DNA of 27,930 bases from a virus (taxonomy: Duplodnaviria > Heunggongvirae > Uroviricota > Caudoviricetes), in IMG/VR virus record IMGVR_UViG_3300027712_000017. One strand, given 5' to 3'. Under the pieces are notes generated by a model. It had not been told where the DNA came from, did no database searches, and saw only the letters and a list, made by a program, of their open reading frames with translations. Position 1 is the stretch's first letter; each line of letters begins with the position of its first letter. Below, piece after piece: positions 8,745-18,471 of the stretch. The translations under genes were made by a program, and so were the position numbers.

Positions 8745-9806
8745 ATGAAAATTGCACTTATCACAGATACTCACTGGGGTATTCGAGGAGACGTTATTGC
8801 GTTCCATGATTACTTCAAACAGTCACTAGATGAATTTTTCTTTCCTGAACTGCGTAAGCGTGGTATTGAGAAAATTGTTCATCTAGGCGATTTAGTCGAT
8901 AGACGTAAGTTTGTTAACTATATGACAGCACATCGTCTGCGTAAAGATTTTCTCGATCCTATTGAACGAGAATTTAAGATGGATATTATCATAGGTAACC
9001 ATGACACTTATTATAAGAACACTAACGAACTTAATGCGTTGCGTGAACTCATCGTGGGTAAATATACTAAAATTGATATATTCACTAATGCCGCAACTGT
9101 ATATGAGGATGGAATTCCTATTCTGTATGTTCCGTGGATTTGTGATGAAAATAAAGAATATACCATCAATGCTATCAAAAATACTGAAGCACAAATTTGT
9201 TTCGGGCATCTTGAACTCTCGGGTTTCGAAATGTATAAAGGACACATATCCGATCATGGTCATAATCATAATATCTTTGATAAATTTGATACTGTGTGTA
9301 GTGGACATTTTCATCATAAGTCTACTTACGGTAATATTAATTACTTGGGTGCTTTTGCTGAGTTTACCTGGACTGATTACGACGATCCTCGCGGATTTCA
9401 TATCTTTGATACAGACACTCGCACATTAGAGTTTGTTCAAAATCCATTCACGATGTTTATGAAGATTCATTATGATGATTTGAATAAAACAATTGAAGAA
9501 GTTGTTCATCAAGAACTAAATACAAAGAATAAAATCATTAAAGTCATTGTTCGAAACAAAACTAATCCTTATTGGTTTGATATGTTCATTGACAAAATTG
9601 AAAATTCAAATCCATTAGAGATACAGATCATTGAAGATAGTATGCAGTTGTTTGATATGGATGCTGAGGAATCAATCAATGAAGCAGAAGATACTATCAC
9701 AATGTTTAAAAGTTATATCGGTCAGTTGGGTATCGACTCGTCAAAGCGTGACAAGTTAGAGAAAGCAATCGTTGACCTATATCAAGAGGCAATAGCAATT
9801 CAATGA
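8745..9806 (+). CDS. gp47: Recombination endonuclease subunit (T4 gp47, Mre11/SbcD-like)
   Basis: DTHWG, LGD..DRRK, GNHD, GHLE, SGHFH metallophosphoesterase motifs. Confidence 0.95.
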   Translation: MKIALITDTHWGIRGDVIAFHDYFKQSLDEFFFPELRKRGIEKIVHLGDLVDRRKFVNYMTAHRLRKDFLDPIEREFKMDIIIGNHDTYYKNTNELNALRELIVGKYTKIDIFTNAATVYEDGIPILYVPWICDENKEYTINAIKNTEAQICFGHLELSGFEMYKGHISDHGHNHNIFDKFDTVCSGHFHHKSTYGNINYLGAFAEFTWTDYDDPRGFHIFDTDTRTLEFVQNPFTMFMKIHYDDLNKTIEEVVHQELNTKNKIIKVIVRNKTNPYWFDMFIDKIENSNPLEIQIIEDSMQLFDMDAEESINEAEDTITMFKSYIGQLGIDSSKRDKLEKAIVDLYQEAIAIQ

Positions 9807-11515
9807 TCATGTTTAAAAAAATCAGATGGAAAAACTTGCTATCAACTGGCAATATCTTCACTGAACTAGATTTAATTCAAAACAAAACTACATTGATCGT
9901 CGGGGAGAATGGAGCAGGTAAATCCACTATCCTTGACGCATTATCGTTTGGGTTATTCAATAAGCCATATAGAAAAGTAAATAAACCGCAACTACTCAAT
10001 TCAATCACACAGAAAGAATTGGTTGTCGAGATTGAATTTTCTATCAATCAATATAACTACAAAATTGTTCGCGGAATCAAACCAAATATCTTTGAACTAT
10101 ATCGTGACAATGTTTTGCTTAATCAAGATGCTGCATCAAGAGATTATCAAGAAGTTCTCGAAAAGCAAATCCTTAAAATCAGTCATAAGTCATTCTGTCA
10201 AGTTGTCGTGCTAGGATCTGCATCGTTTGTTCCGTTCATGCAATTACCTGCACAAGCAAGACGAGATATTATTGAAGATCTACTTGACTTGCAAATCTTC
10301 ACATCAATGAATGCGTTATTAAAAGAAAAGATTTCAACAAACAATGATGAGATCGGTAATTGCACAACCGAAAAGAAAGTATCAAAGTCAAAACTTGATA
10401 TGCTAAAAAGTCATGCGTTAAGTATTCAAACTGACAACAAGAAAATTATTGAAGAAAAACTTAGCAAGATTGAAAGCACAAATGCATTGATCGACTCTAC
10501 TCGTATAGAGATCACAGAGATTATTGCAAAAGGTAAAGAGTTAAAAGAACGACTCGCAGATCAAGATACTATGAAATCTCGTCTTGAGAAACTCGATAAG
10601 TTTAGAATCCAGTTGAAATCTAAAGTTGCAAACGCTGAAAAAACAATTAACTTCTTTCATGACAACGATAATTGTCCTACATGTAAACAAGGTATTGATC
10701 ATGAGTTCAAAGATGAAACGATCAAAACTAAAAGTGATCAAATCATTGAAATTGAAACTGGCATGCAGAAACTAGAAGATGAACGAAAAAAGGTTCTCGC
10801 AAAACTAGAAGAATATAGTCAAATCAATAATGAAATTCACACATATAACCTGCAAACATCAAAGCTAAATACTAAGATCTCAGGATGGAATGAAAATGTT
10901 TCTGACTGGACACATGAAATTGACATGATTAAAAGCAGATCAGTTCAATCACAGAATGTTCAAGAGATCGAAGATATTGAAAAGTCATTGAAGCAACTCG
11001 AAAAACTGTTCAATGAATTGCACGATGAAAAAGTTGTGTTGCAAACTGCTGCATCTATTTTAAAGGACGGCGGTATCAAAGCAAAAATCATTAAACAGTT
11101 CATTCCAATCATCAATAAATTCATTAATAAGTATTTGACTGCGATGGATTTCTTTGTTAACTTTGAATTGAATGAACAATTTGCAGAAACTATTCGTTCA
11201 CGCTTCCGTGACGATTTTAGTTACGCTTCTTTTTCTGAGGGTGAAAAAATGCGTATTAATCTTGCCATTCTGTTTACATGGCGTGCTGTTTCAAAACTTC
11301 GTAATTCAATCAATACAAATTTGTTGATCATGGATGAAGTATTTGACAGTTCACTTGATAGTAATGGCACTGAGGAGTTCTTTAAAATCCTTCAAACTTT
11401 AACCGCTGATACGAACACATTTATCATTAGCCATAAAACAGATCAACTATATGATAAGTTTGAGAAAGTTATTCGTTTCGAGAAGCACAAGAATTTCAGC
11501 AAGATGGCAGCATAG
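9803..11515 (+). CDS. gp46: Recombination ATPase subunit (T4 gp46, Rad50/SbcC-like)
   Basis: GENGAGKS Walker A, CPTC zinc hook, FSEGEK signature, DEVFDSSLD. Confidence 0.96.
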   Translation: MIMFKKIRWKNLLSTGNIFTELDLIQNKTTLIVGENGAGKSTILDALSFGLFNKPYRKVNKPQLLNSITQKELVVEIEFSINQYNYKIVRGIKPNIFELYRDNVLLNQDAASRDYQEVLEKQILKISHKSFCQVVVLGSASFVPFMQLPAQARRDIIEDLLDLQIFTSMNALLKEKISTNNDEIGNCTTEKKVSKSKLDMLKSHALSIQTDNKKIIEEKLSKIESTNALIDSTRIEITEIIAKGKELKERLADQDTMKSRLEKLDKFRIQLKSKVANAEKTINFFHDNDNCPTCKQGIDHEFKDETIKTKSDQIIEIETGMQKLEDERKKVLAKLEEYSQINNEIHTYNLQTSKLNTKISGWNENVSDWTHEIDMIKSRSVQSQNVQEIEDIEKSLKQLEKLFNELHDEKVVLQTAASILKDGGIKAKIIKQFIPIINKFINKYLTAMDFFVNFELNEQFAETIRSRFRDDFSYASFSEGEKMRINLAILFTWRAVSKLRNSINTNLLIMDEVFDSSLDSNGTEEFFKILQTLTADTNTFIISHKTDQLYDKFEKVIRFEKHKNFSKMAA

Positions 11516-11525
11516 GAGTAACATC

Positions 11526-11696
11526 ATGGAATACGGAATCAAAGTCAATGGATCATGGATGCATTTTCTGAGTGAATATAATAACAATAGAAAAACTATG
11601 ACATTCAAAACTAAAGAAGAAGCAGAAATGTATGCTGAAAGTGTTGAATTGTCTACTTATTCAGTTGAGGAATATAATGCTTCTACACCCCGTTGA
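11526..11696 (+). CDS. Small hypothetical protein
   Basis: AGGAG RBS; 56 codons; F.TKEEA motif common in phage small proteins. Confidence 0.6.
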   Translation: MEYGIKVNGSWMHFLSEYNNNRKTMTFKTKEEAEMYAESVELSTYSVEEYNASTPR

Positions 11697-12156
11697 TAGA
11701 AATAATCCTATCTTAAAACAAAAAGCAAATCCTTTTATATTCGGATCTTCAATTGATCCTGTTGAACTTGCTAAAAGTTTGACTGAACTAGCAATTACAG
11801 CAGATTCAATTTCATTATCTGCACCACAATGTGGAATTGATGCTAGGGTCTTTGTGATCCTAGCAGATCCTGTACTCGCTTGTTTTAACCCAAAAATTGT
11901 TGACAGAAGTGAAGAAGAACTTTATCTCGAAGAAAAGTGCTTGACATTTCCCAATGTTGTGTTAAAAGTAAAGAGACCAAAGAAAATTCGCGTTCGCTTT
12001 ACTATGCCTAACGGCATGACTGAAACAAGAGTTTTCGATGGTTTGACTGCTCGTCATTTTCAGCAACAAGTAGATCACCTTGATGGTGTGCTATTTACGC
12101 AACGGGCAACATTATTTCATCGTGAACAAGCATTTAAAAGAGCAAAACTAGCGTAA
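11677..12156 (+). CDS. def: Peptide deformylase homologue with degenerate active site
   Basis: PDF layout (LSAPQ.G, FNPKI, CLTFP, V.RP..I.V, DHLDG), but HExxH is replaced by QQVDH. Confidence 0.8.
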   Translation: MLLHPVDRNNPILKQKANPFIFGSSIDPVELAKSLTELAITADSISLSAPQCGIDARVFVILADPVLACFNPKIVDRSEEELYLEEKCLTFPNVVLKVKRPKKIRVRFTMPNGMTETRVFDGLTARHFQQQVDHLDGVLFTQRATLFHREQAFKRAKLA

Positions 12157-12196
12157 TAATTACTATATACTATATCACCATGTAAGGAGGAAAACC

Positions 12197-12655
12197 ATGG
12201 CAAAATTTATTTCTACAAAAACCTACAAACAAATCGGACCCGTTGCATATCGTCAATGGCGTGCTGATAGTCACTGCAACCTAATTCACGGTTACGCATT
12301 GTCTTTTCATTTAGAATTTGAAGCAGACACACTCGATGCTCGTAACTGGGTAGTCGACTTTGGCGGATTGAAACCGCTCAAAGGATTGCTCGAAGATTGG
12401 TTTGATCATACATTGCTCGTTGCAGTTGATGATCCGAAGCGTGATGAATTGCTACGCCTAGGTGAACTAGGACTTGCAAAAATCACTGAAGTCGAAAAGA
12501 CAGGATGTGAAGGCATTGCAGATTTCCTATACGAATACATTAACACTATTTTCTTTAAAGATTATGGTTGGGGTGATCGTGTATGGTGTTGCGGTGTTGA
12601 AGTTCGTGAAACAGACTCTAACATGGCAAAACGTGTAGGACACCGAGATGAGTAA
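12197..12655 (+). CDS. queD: 6-carboxytetrahydropterin synthase
   Basis: SHCNLIHGY, WVVDFGGLK, FDHT, EVRET. Confidence 0.9.
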   Translation: MAKFISTKTYKQIGPVAYRQWRADSHCNLIHGYALSFHLEFEADTLDARNWVVDFGGLKPLKGLLEDWFDHTLLVAVDDPKRDELLRLGELGLAKITEVEKTGCEGIADFLYEYINTIFFKDYGWGDRVWCCGVEVRETDSNMAKRVGHRDE

Positions 12656-13496
12656 AATCAAAGTAGCAGAGCTATTTTATTCACTACAAGGCGAAGGAAA
12701 ATATATCGGTGTCCCGTCAATCTTTCTCAGAACCTTTGGTTGCAATTTTACTTGTGACGGATTCGGTATGGCAAAGGGTGAAAAGAGCAAAGAACGTCTT
12801 GCAGTAGATCCCGAAAAATATGACAACTATAAGAAACTACCTTTGGTTCATACAGGTTGTGATTCTTATGCGTCATGGGATCCTAGATTCAAACATCTAT
12901 CACCCATGCTCACAGTCGAAGCAATTGTTGACGAGATGCAGAGACTATTGCCTGATGGTATGTTCGGCAGAGACAAACACCTCATCATAACGGGCGGAGA
13001 ACCGTTGCTTGGGTGGCAGAAATCCTATCCTGATCTGATTGATGAAATCATCAACAGAAGAATAGGGCTTACAGATATTACATTTGAAACTAATGGCACA
13101 CAGACACTACATCCTGACCTCTTTAATTACTTGACAAACGCTGCTCCCCATGTTAAAGTAACATGGTCGGTATCGTCAAAGTTGTCTGTGTCAGGTGAAA
13201 AATGGAACGAAGCAATCAAACCTATTACTGTTTTGAATTACATGAATGTTCCTTATAGCGATACTTATTTTAAATTTGTTGTTGCGACTGCTGATGATAT
13301 TCAGGATGTGTATAAAGCAGTTGCTGAATATAAAGAGTATGGTGTTGATGTTCCCGTTTACTTGATGCCAGTCGGCGGAACAAACGATAGCTATATAATG
13401 AATGAACGCAATGTTGCTGATTTCTGCCGTGACAACGGATTTAGATTCAGCCCTCGCATTCAAGTGCCACTTTACAAAAACGCATGGGGAACTTAA
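12648..13496 (+). CDS. queE: 7-carboxy-7-deazaguanine synthase (radical SAM)
   Basis: ELFYSLQGEG, FLRTFGCNFTC...GCDS, ITGGEP, ETNGT, FSPR. Confidence 0.92.
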   Translation: MSKIKVAELFYSLQGEGKYIGVPSIFLRTFGCNFTCDGFGMAKGEKSKERLAVDPEKYDNYKKLPLVHTGCDSYASWDPRFKHLSPMLTVEAIVDEMQRLLPDGMFGRDKHLIITGGEPLLGWQKSYPDLIDEIINRRIGLTDITFETNGTQTLHPDLFNYLTNAAPHVKVTWSVSSKLSVSGEKWNEAIKPITVLNYMNVPYSDTYFKFVVATADDIQDVYKAVAEYKEYGVDVPVYLMPVGGTNDSYIMNERNVADFCRDNGFRFSPRIQVPLYKNAWGT

Positions 13497-13501
13497 AAAA
13501 C

Positions 13502-14185
13502 ATGATTTCTGATATTATTAAAGCACGTCTTGACAACGAAAACATTCGTTATTTTGCAAACGATAATATTTCTTCATACATAAATCCTGAAGAACATGAC
13601 TTGCTTATTGATGAAGTTGCAGAAAAGTTTGAATCAGTCCTTGACAGTTTGATCATTGACCGCTATAATGATCCAAACTCTCAAGGCACAGGTAGACGTC
13701 TTGCAAAAATGTATATTAACGAGATCATGTCAGGTCGTTATGAACCACGACCTGATGTGACGGCATTCCCTAATGAGGGGGAGCAACGTTATATGGGAAT
13801 GTTGGTGGTTCGTAGTGAGATCAAATCTGTTTGCTCACATCACCATCAACCAGTGACGGGTGTCGTTTATATCGGTGTAATCCCAGGTAGTAAAATTATC
13901 GGGTTGTCGAAGTATACTCGTATTGCTCAATGGTGTGCTCGTCGTGGAACATTACAGGAAGAACTTTGCAATCATATTGCAAACGAAATTCGTTCTGCAA
14001 CTGCAACTGCTCATGTTGGTGTTTACATTGCAGCAACTCATGGATGCTGTGAGAATCGTGGTATCATGGCAAAATCTTCTTTGACACAAACAACTGTATT
14101 GCGCGGAGAATTTCAATCACCTGATGTAAAGAAAGAATTTTTCGATAACATAGCTTTGCAGGAACAATTTAGTAATGGTAGATAA
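13502..14185 (+). CDS. folE: GTP cyclohydrolase I
   Basis: SVCSHHHQP, GLSKYTR, LQEEL, HGCCENRG. Confidence 0.94.
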   Translation: MISDIIKARLDNENIRYFANDNISSYINPEEHDLLIDEVAEKFESVLDSLIIDRYNDPNSQGTGRRLAKMYINEIMSGRYEPRPDVTAFPNEGEQRYMGMLVVRSEIKSVCSHHHQPVTGVVYIGVIPGSKIIGLSKYTRIAQWCARRGTLQEELCNHIANEIRSATATAHVGVYIAATHGCCENRGIMAKSSLTQTTVLRGEFQSPDVKKEFFDNIALQEQFSNGR

Positions 14186-15530
14186 GAAAAGTTTAGATTA
14201 TGTGATCTCAGCGTGTGGTATGATGGGTGTGTTATCACCTGACCATGAAGCACCTTGGTTCCCAGTATACAAGGAGGCGACCCAATCTCTGATGGGGTCG
14301 CTTAAATCAAGAATAGCGGAGACATGTCATAATACACGACCGCTAGTTTCAACTTTGTATAACGCATATACTGAAAAGAATCATGTCCATGACTTTGAAC
14401 GACTAGATAATCTGGGTTCGGATGCTGTGTATGCAGACTCTGGCGGATTGCAAATTGTTACGGCGGGTAAAACAATCACAGAAGAAATGAAGCAACAAAT
14501 CTACAAGACACAAACTTATGCAGATTATGCGATGTGTTTTGACGTTATTCCGCTGTCATCTGTGTCATTGACTAGAACTCGTAATGAACGTTCTAACGTA
14601 GGCAATAAAGTTTTTCATTATGGAAGATTGCAAGAGTCTGCACACGCTACAGGTGATAACGTAAAGTCCCAGACAACTTATTTCAGAACACATAATGCCA
14701 AGACAAAAGCAATTATTATTGTGCAAGGTAATTCAGCAGATGACATGGTTGAATTTTTCAAAGGTGTTATATCTCGTTTGTCATCTGAGGACTATGATAA
14801 CATCGGCGGTATGGCAGTTGCAGATACTTGCATCGGCAATGGTGAACTAGAATCAATCGAGATGCTTAGAGCAGCAAAACGAATTTCAGAATTCTGTCAT
14901 CCTAACATTCGTCGGCATCTTCACGTTCTCGGTGTAGGTTCCATCAGTCGTATGCGACCTATTCTTTATCTATTGAAATCAGGTTATCTCGACAAGTTTG
15001 AGCGCGTATCTTATGACTCAAGTTCCCACACCTCGACATTCCAATATGGTTTGTTGAAGTTGAATGGGACTTGCAAATCCATAGGCTCTTACAAAACACC
15101 AGCGGTTGACAAACAGTTCAGAAGCGTGTATAATATGTTTAATGATACATTTTCTTCTTTAAATGTATCAGAAGATAATTGGATGCAGTTGTTATTTGGT
15201 GATGGCACAGGTGATTGGAAATACTCGACAATCAAACATAGAATGATGTTGCTTTCAACCGCAAATGAAATTTCAGCAGGTCTATTATGCAATGCTGCAT
15301 ATACTTACTTTCAAATTCACAATTTCGTGACCAACCTAGATAAGGTCATGGGTCATGAACTAAATAAAGTAAGATCAAATGATTTGCGTGAAATCGGTAT
15401 GAATAAACTGCTAGGTGTCACAACAGAAGATCAGATGGATGCTTGGTTGTATAACAATAGAACATTTATCAAATCTAAACGCATTAACAGAGATGAAAAC
15501 ATGATTAGTATTGAGGACTTTTTTGCATGA
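14175..15530 (+). CDS. TGT/DpdA-family 7-deazaguanine transglycosylase, probably acting on DNA
   Basis: DSGGLQ, FDVIP, IVQG, HLHVLG, YDSSS TIM-barrel motifs; no CxCxxC zinc motif of bacterial tRNA TGT; embedded in the preQ0 pathway. Confidence 0.75.
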   Translation: MVDKKSLDYVISACGMMGVLSPDHEAPWFPVYKEATQSLMGSLKSRIAETCHNTRPLVSTLYNAYTEKNHVHDFERLDNLGSDAVYADSGGLQIVTAGKTITEEMKQQIYKTQTYADYAMCFDVIPLSSVSLTRTRNERSNVGNKVFHYGRLQESAHATGDNVKSQTTYFRTHNAKTKAIIIVQGNSADDMVEFFKGVISRLSSEDYDNIGGMAVADTCIGNGELESIEMLRAAKRISEFCHPNIRRHLHVLGVGSISRMRPILYLLKSGYLDKFERVSYDSSSHTSTFQYGLLKLNGTCKSIGSYKTPAVDKQFRSVYNMFNDTFSSLNVSEDNWMQLLFGDGTGDWKYSTIKHRMMLLSTANEISAGLLCNAAYTYFQIHNFVTNLDKVMGHELNKVRSNDLREIGMNKLLGVTTEDQMDAWLYNNRTFIKSKRINRDENMISIEDFFA

Positions 15531-16468
15531 ACAAAATTGAAGAAATCGCTTTAATCGCTTCCGTTCATTTGGGTAAAGCAGGTGACGGTAGCGTAGTTAA
15601 ACCATATATTACACCGGATCAAGTTGATCCTACTTTACTTGTTGCAATTCCACGACAGTTAAATCGTGATCATTACAATATCAATCAAGATACTTTAATG
15701 GTAGGTTATGATACATGGAATGCATATGAAGTATCATTCTTGCTTGATAACGGTTATCCGATCAACGTTGTTGCAAAAATAACATATTCATCAGAATCAT
15801 ATGCTATTGTTGAATCTAAATCATTGAAGTTGTATTTAAACTCATTCAATATGCAGAAGTTTGGTAAAACACTTCATGAGGCAGCAGATGCAGCAGCAGC
15901 AAAAATCCATATTGATTTAGGTAATTTGCTTGCAACTGATGTTTGTATTGACATATTCACAGATAGTTACTTCAACGAAATTGCAGGTGAACATGCATTC
16001 AGAGGAACCTTTCCTTCTCTAGAAGAAATTACAGATGTTGAAAACATGGATTTTCCTTTTTATAATGAGAATCCTGAAATTCTTAAAATCGACCATGAAA
16101 CTGATCACAATTTGTTTACTGCAAAATCAAATGCGTTGCGGTCGAACTGTCGTGTAACTAATCAACCTGATTGGGGTGATGTCTATATTGTATTAGAAGG
16201 AGAATCAATTCCAACTTATGAATCTGTTCTTCAATACATCGTTTCAATGCGTAAAGAAAATCACTTTCATGAAGAAATTTGTGAATGTATCTACAAGCGT
16301 CTACTCGACAAGTTCAATCCAGAACACTTGATTGTTGGTTGTCTATATACTCGTCGTGGCGGTATTGACATCAATCCAGTTCGTGCAACAAGCATGGAAA
16401 TGCTACTTCGTTACTCTAAAGCCCTGATGACTCCAGGTATCCTCGTCAACAAAACAATGAGACAATAA
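15527..16468 (+). CDS. queF: Bimodular (YqcD-type) NADPH-dependent preQ0 reductase
   Basis: QueF motif VESKSLKLYLNS, catalytic RSNC..TNQPDWG, FHEEICE, YTRRGGIDINP. Confidence 0.93.
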   Translation: MNKIEEIALIASVHLGKAGDGSVVKPYITPDQVDPTLLVAIPRQLNRDHYNINQDTLMVGYDTWNAYEVSFLLDNGYPINVVAKITYSSESYAIVESKSLKLYLNSFNMQKFGKTLHEAADAAAAKIHIDLGNLLATDVCIDIFTDSYFNEIAGEHAFRGTFPSLEEITDVENMDFPFYNENPEILKIDHETDHNLFTAKSNALRSNCRVTNQPDWGDVYIVLEGESIPTYESVLQYIVSMRKENHFHEEICECIYKRLLDKFNPEHLIVGCLYTRRGGIDINPVRATSMEMLLRYSKALMTPGILVNKTMRQ

Positions 16469-16469
16469 T

Positions 16470-17213
16470 ATGAATCTTAATGATGCACTAAACGCACTTC
16501 CTACAACTAATAAAAAAGTCCTTGCCGTTCTTTCGGGCGGTTTGGATTCTTCAGTGATGACTATGATGCTAGTTCAAAAGTATGGCGCAAGCAATGTCGT
16601 TGCATTGTCATACAATTACGGACAGAAGCAGAAACTTGAATTGACGAAGGCAGCAGAGTTAACAGCAAAACTAGGTGTAGCACATAAGGTCATTGATCTA
16701 GGTATTCTAGGTGAGATCGCTAAACCTATCTCTGCAAATATCAGCGGAACAGATGTTGCGATGCCAACAATCAAGGATGTGCTAGGTGATCCTCAACCTA
16801 AGACATATGTTCCATTCCGAAATCTTATTCTGTTGTCACTAACTATGGCACAGGCGGAAGCATCTGATGCATCTCATGTGTTCACAGGACTGCAGGTGCA
16901 TGACGAGTATGGGTACTGGGATACCTCGCAGCGGTTCGTTGACTCGCTGAACGCAGTTGCAGCACAGAACAGAACTCACAAGGTCGAAATCCTTGCGCCA
17001 TTCTCGTTGCTGTCGAAGCACGAAGAAATCGAAATTTGTCGTGAAATGGGCAAACTTTCGCTTTTAGAAAACACCTTAACGTGTTATAATCCTAATGAGG
17101 TGGGTGAGTCATGCGGCAAATGCCCTTCATGCGCTGAACGTATTCAAAACTTCATGAAGTCGAAGTTGGTCGATCCCATCCCGTATCAGATTAATATTCC
17201 TTGGAAGGTATAA
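16470..17213 (+). CDS. queC: 7-cyano-7-deazaguanine synthase
   Basis: LSGGLDS, YGQ, TYVPFRN, TCY...CGKCPSC. Confidence 0.95.
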   Translation: MNLNDALNALPTTNKKVLAVLSGGLDSSVMTMMLVQKYGASNVVALSYNYGQKQKLELTKAAELTAKLGVAHKVIDLGILGEIAKPISANISGTDVAMPTIKDVLGDPQPKTYVPFRNLILLSLTMAQAEASDASHVFTGLQVHDEYGYWDTSQRFVDSLNAVAAQNRTHKVEILAPFSLLSKHEEIEICREMGKLSLLENTLTCYNPNEVGESCGKCPSCAERIQNFMKSKLVDPIPYQINIPWKV

Positions 17214-17214
17214 T

Positions 17215-17850
17215 ATGTGTTCCCTAATCGGATCATTTGACAAAGAAAAACTAATTGATCTCTGTGAGCTTAACGCTTACAGGGGTCAACACTCACATTC
17301 AATTTCGTATATGGATAATACTTTCGGAATTTATTATACGAATAAGAGTTTCGGACCTATTGATTATGAAGCAATTGATCCGCAGGATGGCGAATATTGT
17401 ATCATTCATATGCAAGCACCCACAACCGATAGCAAAGAATTAAATAACATTCATCCTGCTTCAAATAACCCATACTGTAGAAATTCCATGCTATGGCACA
17501 ATGGTATCATCAAAGAAAAAGAAGTTGAACGTCTGCGTGAAAAATATCAATTAAAGTCAACTTGGGACACATATATACTATTGCATCATCTGATTACAGG
17601 TGGTTCACTTGATGACATTGATGGGACATTTTCTTGTTTGTGGTATAATGATGAGCGTGAGTTGAGATTATTCAGGAATGAAATAAGTCCTATGTTTATC
17701 GACTCTCACAGCACAATATCATCAACTAAATTCGAAAATTCGGTTGCGACAGAACCTAATACGATGTTCGATTTCAACCCGTTCAAGAACAAATTGACAC
17801 CTTTGTATTCATTTCAGACAAAGGAAAACCCTTATTATTTTGGTGATTGA
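17215..17850 (+). CDS. Stand-alone class II (Ntn) glutamine amidotransferase
   Basis: Cys2 nucleophile (MC), YRGQHS, HP, HNGII, DG.FS motifs. Confidence 0.75.
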   Translation: MCSLIGSFDKEKLIDLCELNAYRGQHSHSISYMDNTFGIYYTNKSFGPIDYEAIDPQDGEYCIIHMQAPTTDSKELNNIHPASNNPYCRNSMLWHNGIIKEKEVERLREKYQLKSTWDTYILLHHLITGGSLDDIDGTFSCLWYNDERELRLFRNEISPMFIDSHSTISSTKFENSVATEPNTMFDFNPFKNKLTPLYSFQTKENPYYFGD

Positions 17851-18470
17851 TGATTATTGGTATTGCAGGATTTTTAGGTTCCGGTAAAGGAACACTAGGT
17901 GACATTTTAATACAAGAATACGGATTCAAAGCAATCGCATTTGCTGATGCCGTTAAAGATGCGGTCGCTGCTATTTTCAAATGGCCTCGTGAACTGCTCG
18001 AAGGTGATTCGACAGCAAGTCGATACTTTCGTGAAAAACCAGACGAATACTGGACAAGTAAATTTGGCTATGAAGTAACACCTCGATACATGATGCAAGT
18101 CATGGGCACCGAAGCAGGTCGTGATGTATTCGATCCCAATCTATGGGTCTATGTTGTCGAGAAGACAATTACAGAAGATCCCGACAGTAATTATGTTATT
18201 ACTGATGTGCGCTTTCCCAACGAATTAAGAATCATTAAAAGAATGGGCGGACACACTATTCGTGTTGTCCGTGGTCCTGAACCTTTGTGGTTCGAAACTG
18301 CCGCAAAAGATAACTTGACAAAGACAAATAGTATGTCATTATTGTATCCTGCGGTCCACCGTTCAGAATATTCACTTTGTGGATACGAGTTTGATCGTGT
18401 CATTGAAAACAACGGCACTATTGAAGATTTAAAAACTAAACTAAATGAATTTAAACAAGGAGTCCTATAA
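17847..18470 (+). CDS. Deoxynucleoside monophosphate kinase (T4 gp1-like)
   Basis: GFLGSGKGT, FADAVK, PR..MQ..GTE.GR, ITDVRFPNE. Confidence 0.9.
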   Translation: MMIIGIAGFLGSGKGTLGDILIQEYGFKAIAFADAVKDAVAAIFKWPRELLEGDSTASRYFREKPDEYWTSKFGYEVTPRYMMQVMGTEAGRDVFDPNLWVYVVEKTITEDPDSNYVITDVRFPNELRIIKRMGGHTIRVVRGPEPLWFETAAKDNLTKTNSMSLLYPAVHRSEYSLCGYEFDRVIENNGTIEDLKTKLNEFKQGVL

Positions 18471-18471
18471 T

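Noticed and set aside
8892-9429. Long alternative-frame ORFs in gp47 (9001-9429 +, 8892-9401 -)
   Set aside because: The I/L/M-rich translations are the expected shadow of T-ending codon bias; no RBS or motif.
16850-17030. Slightly GC-richer patch in queC
   Set aside because: Judged by eye only, short, and the protein motifs are continuous; cannot be supported without computation.
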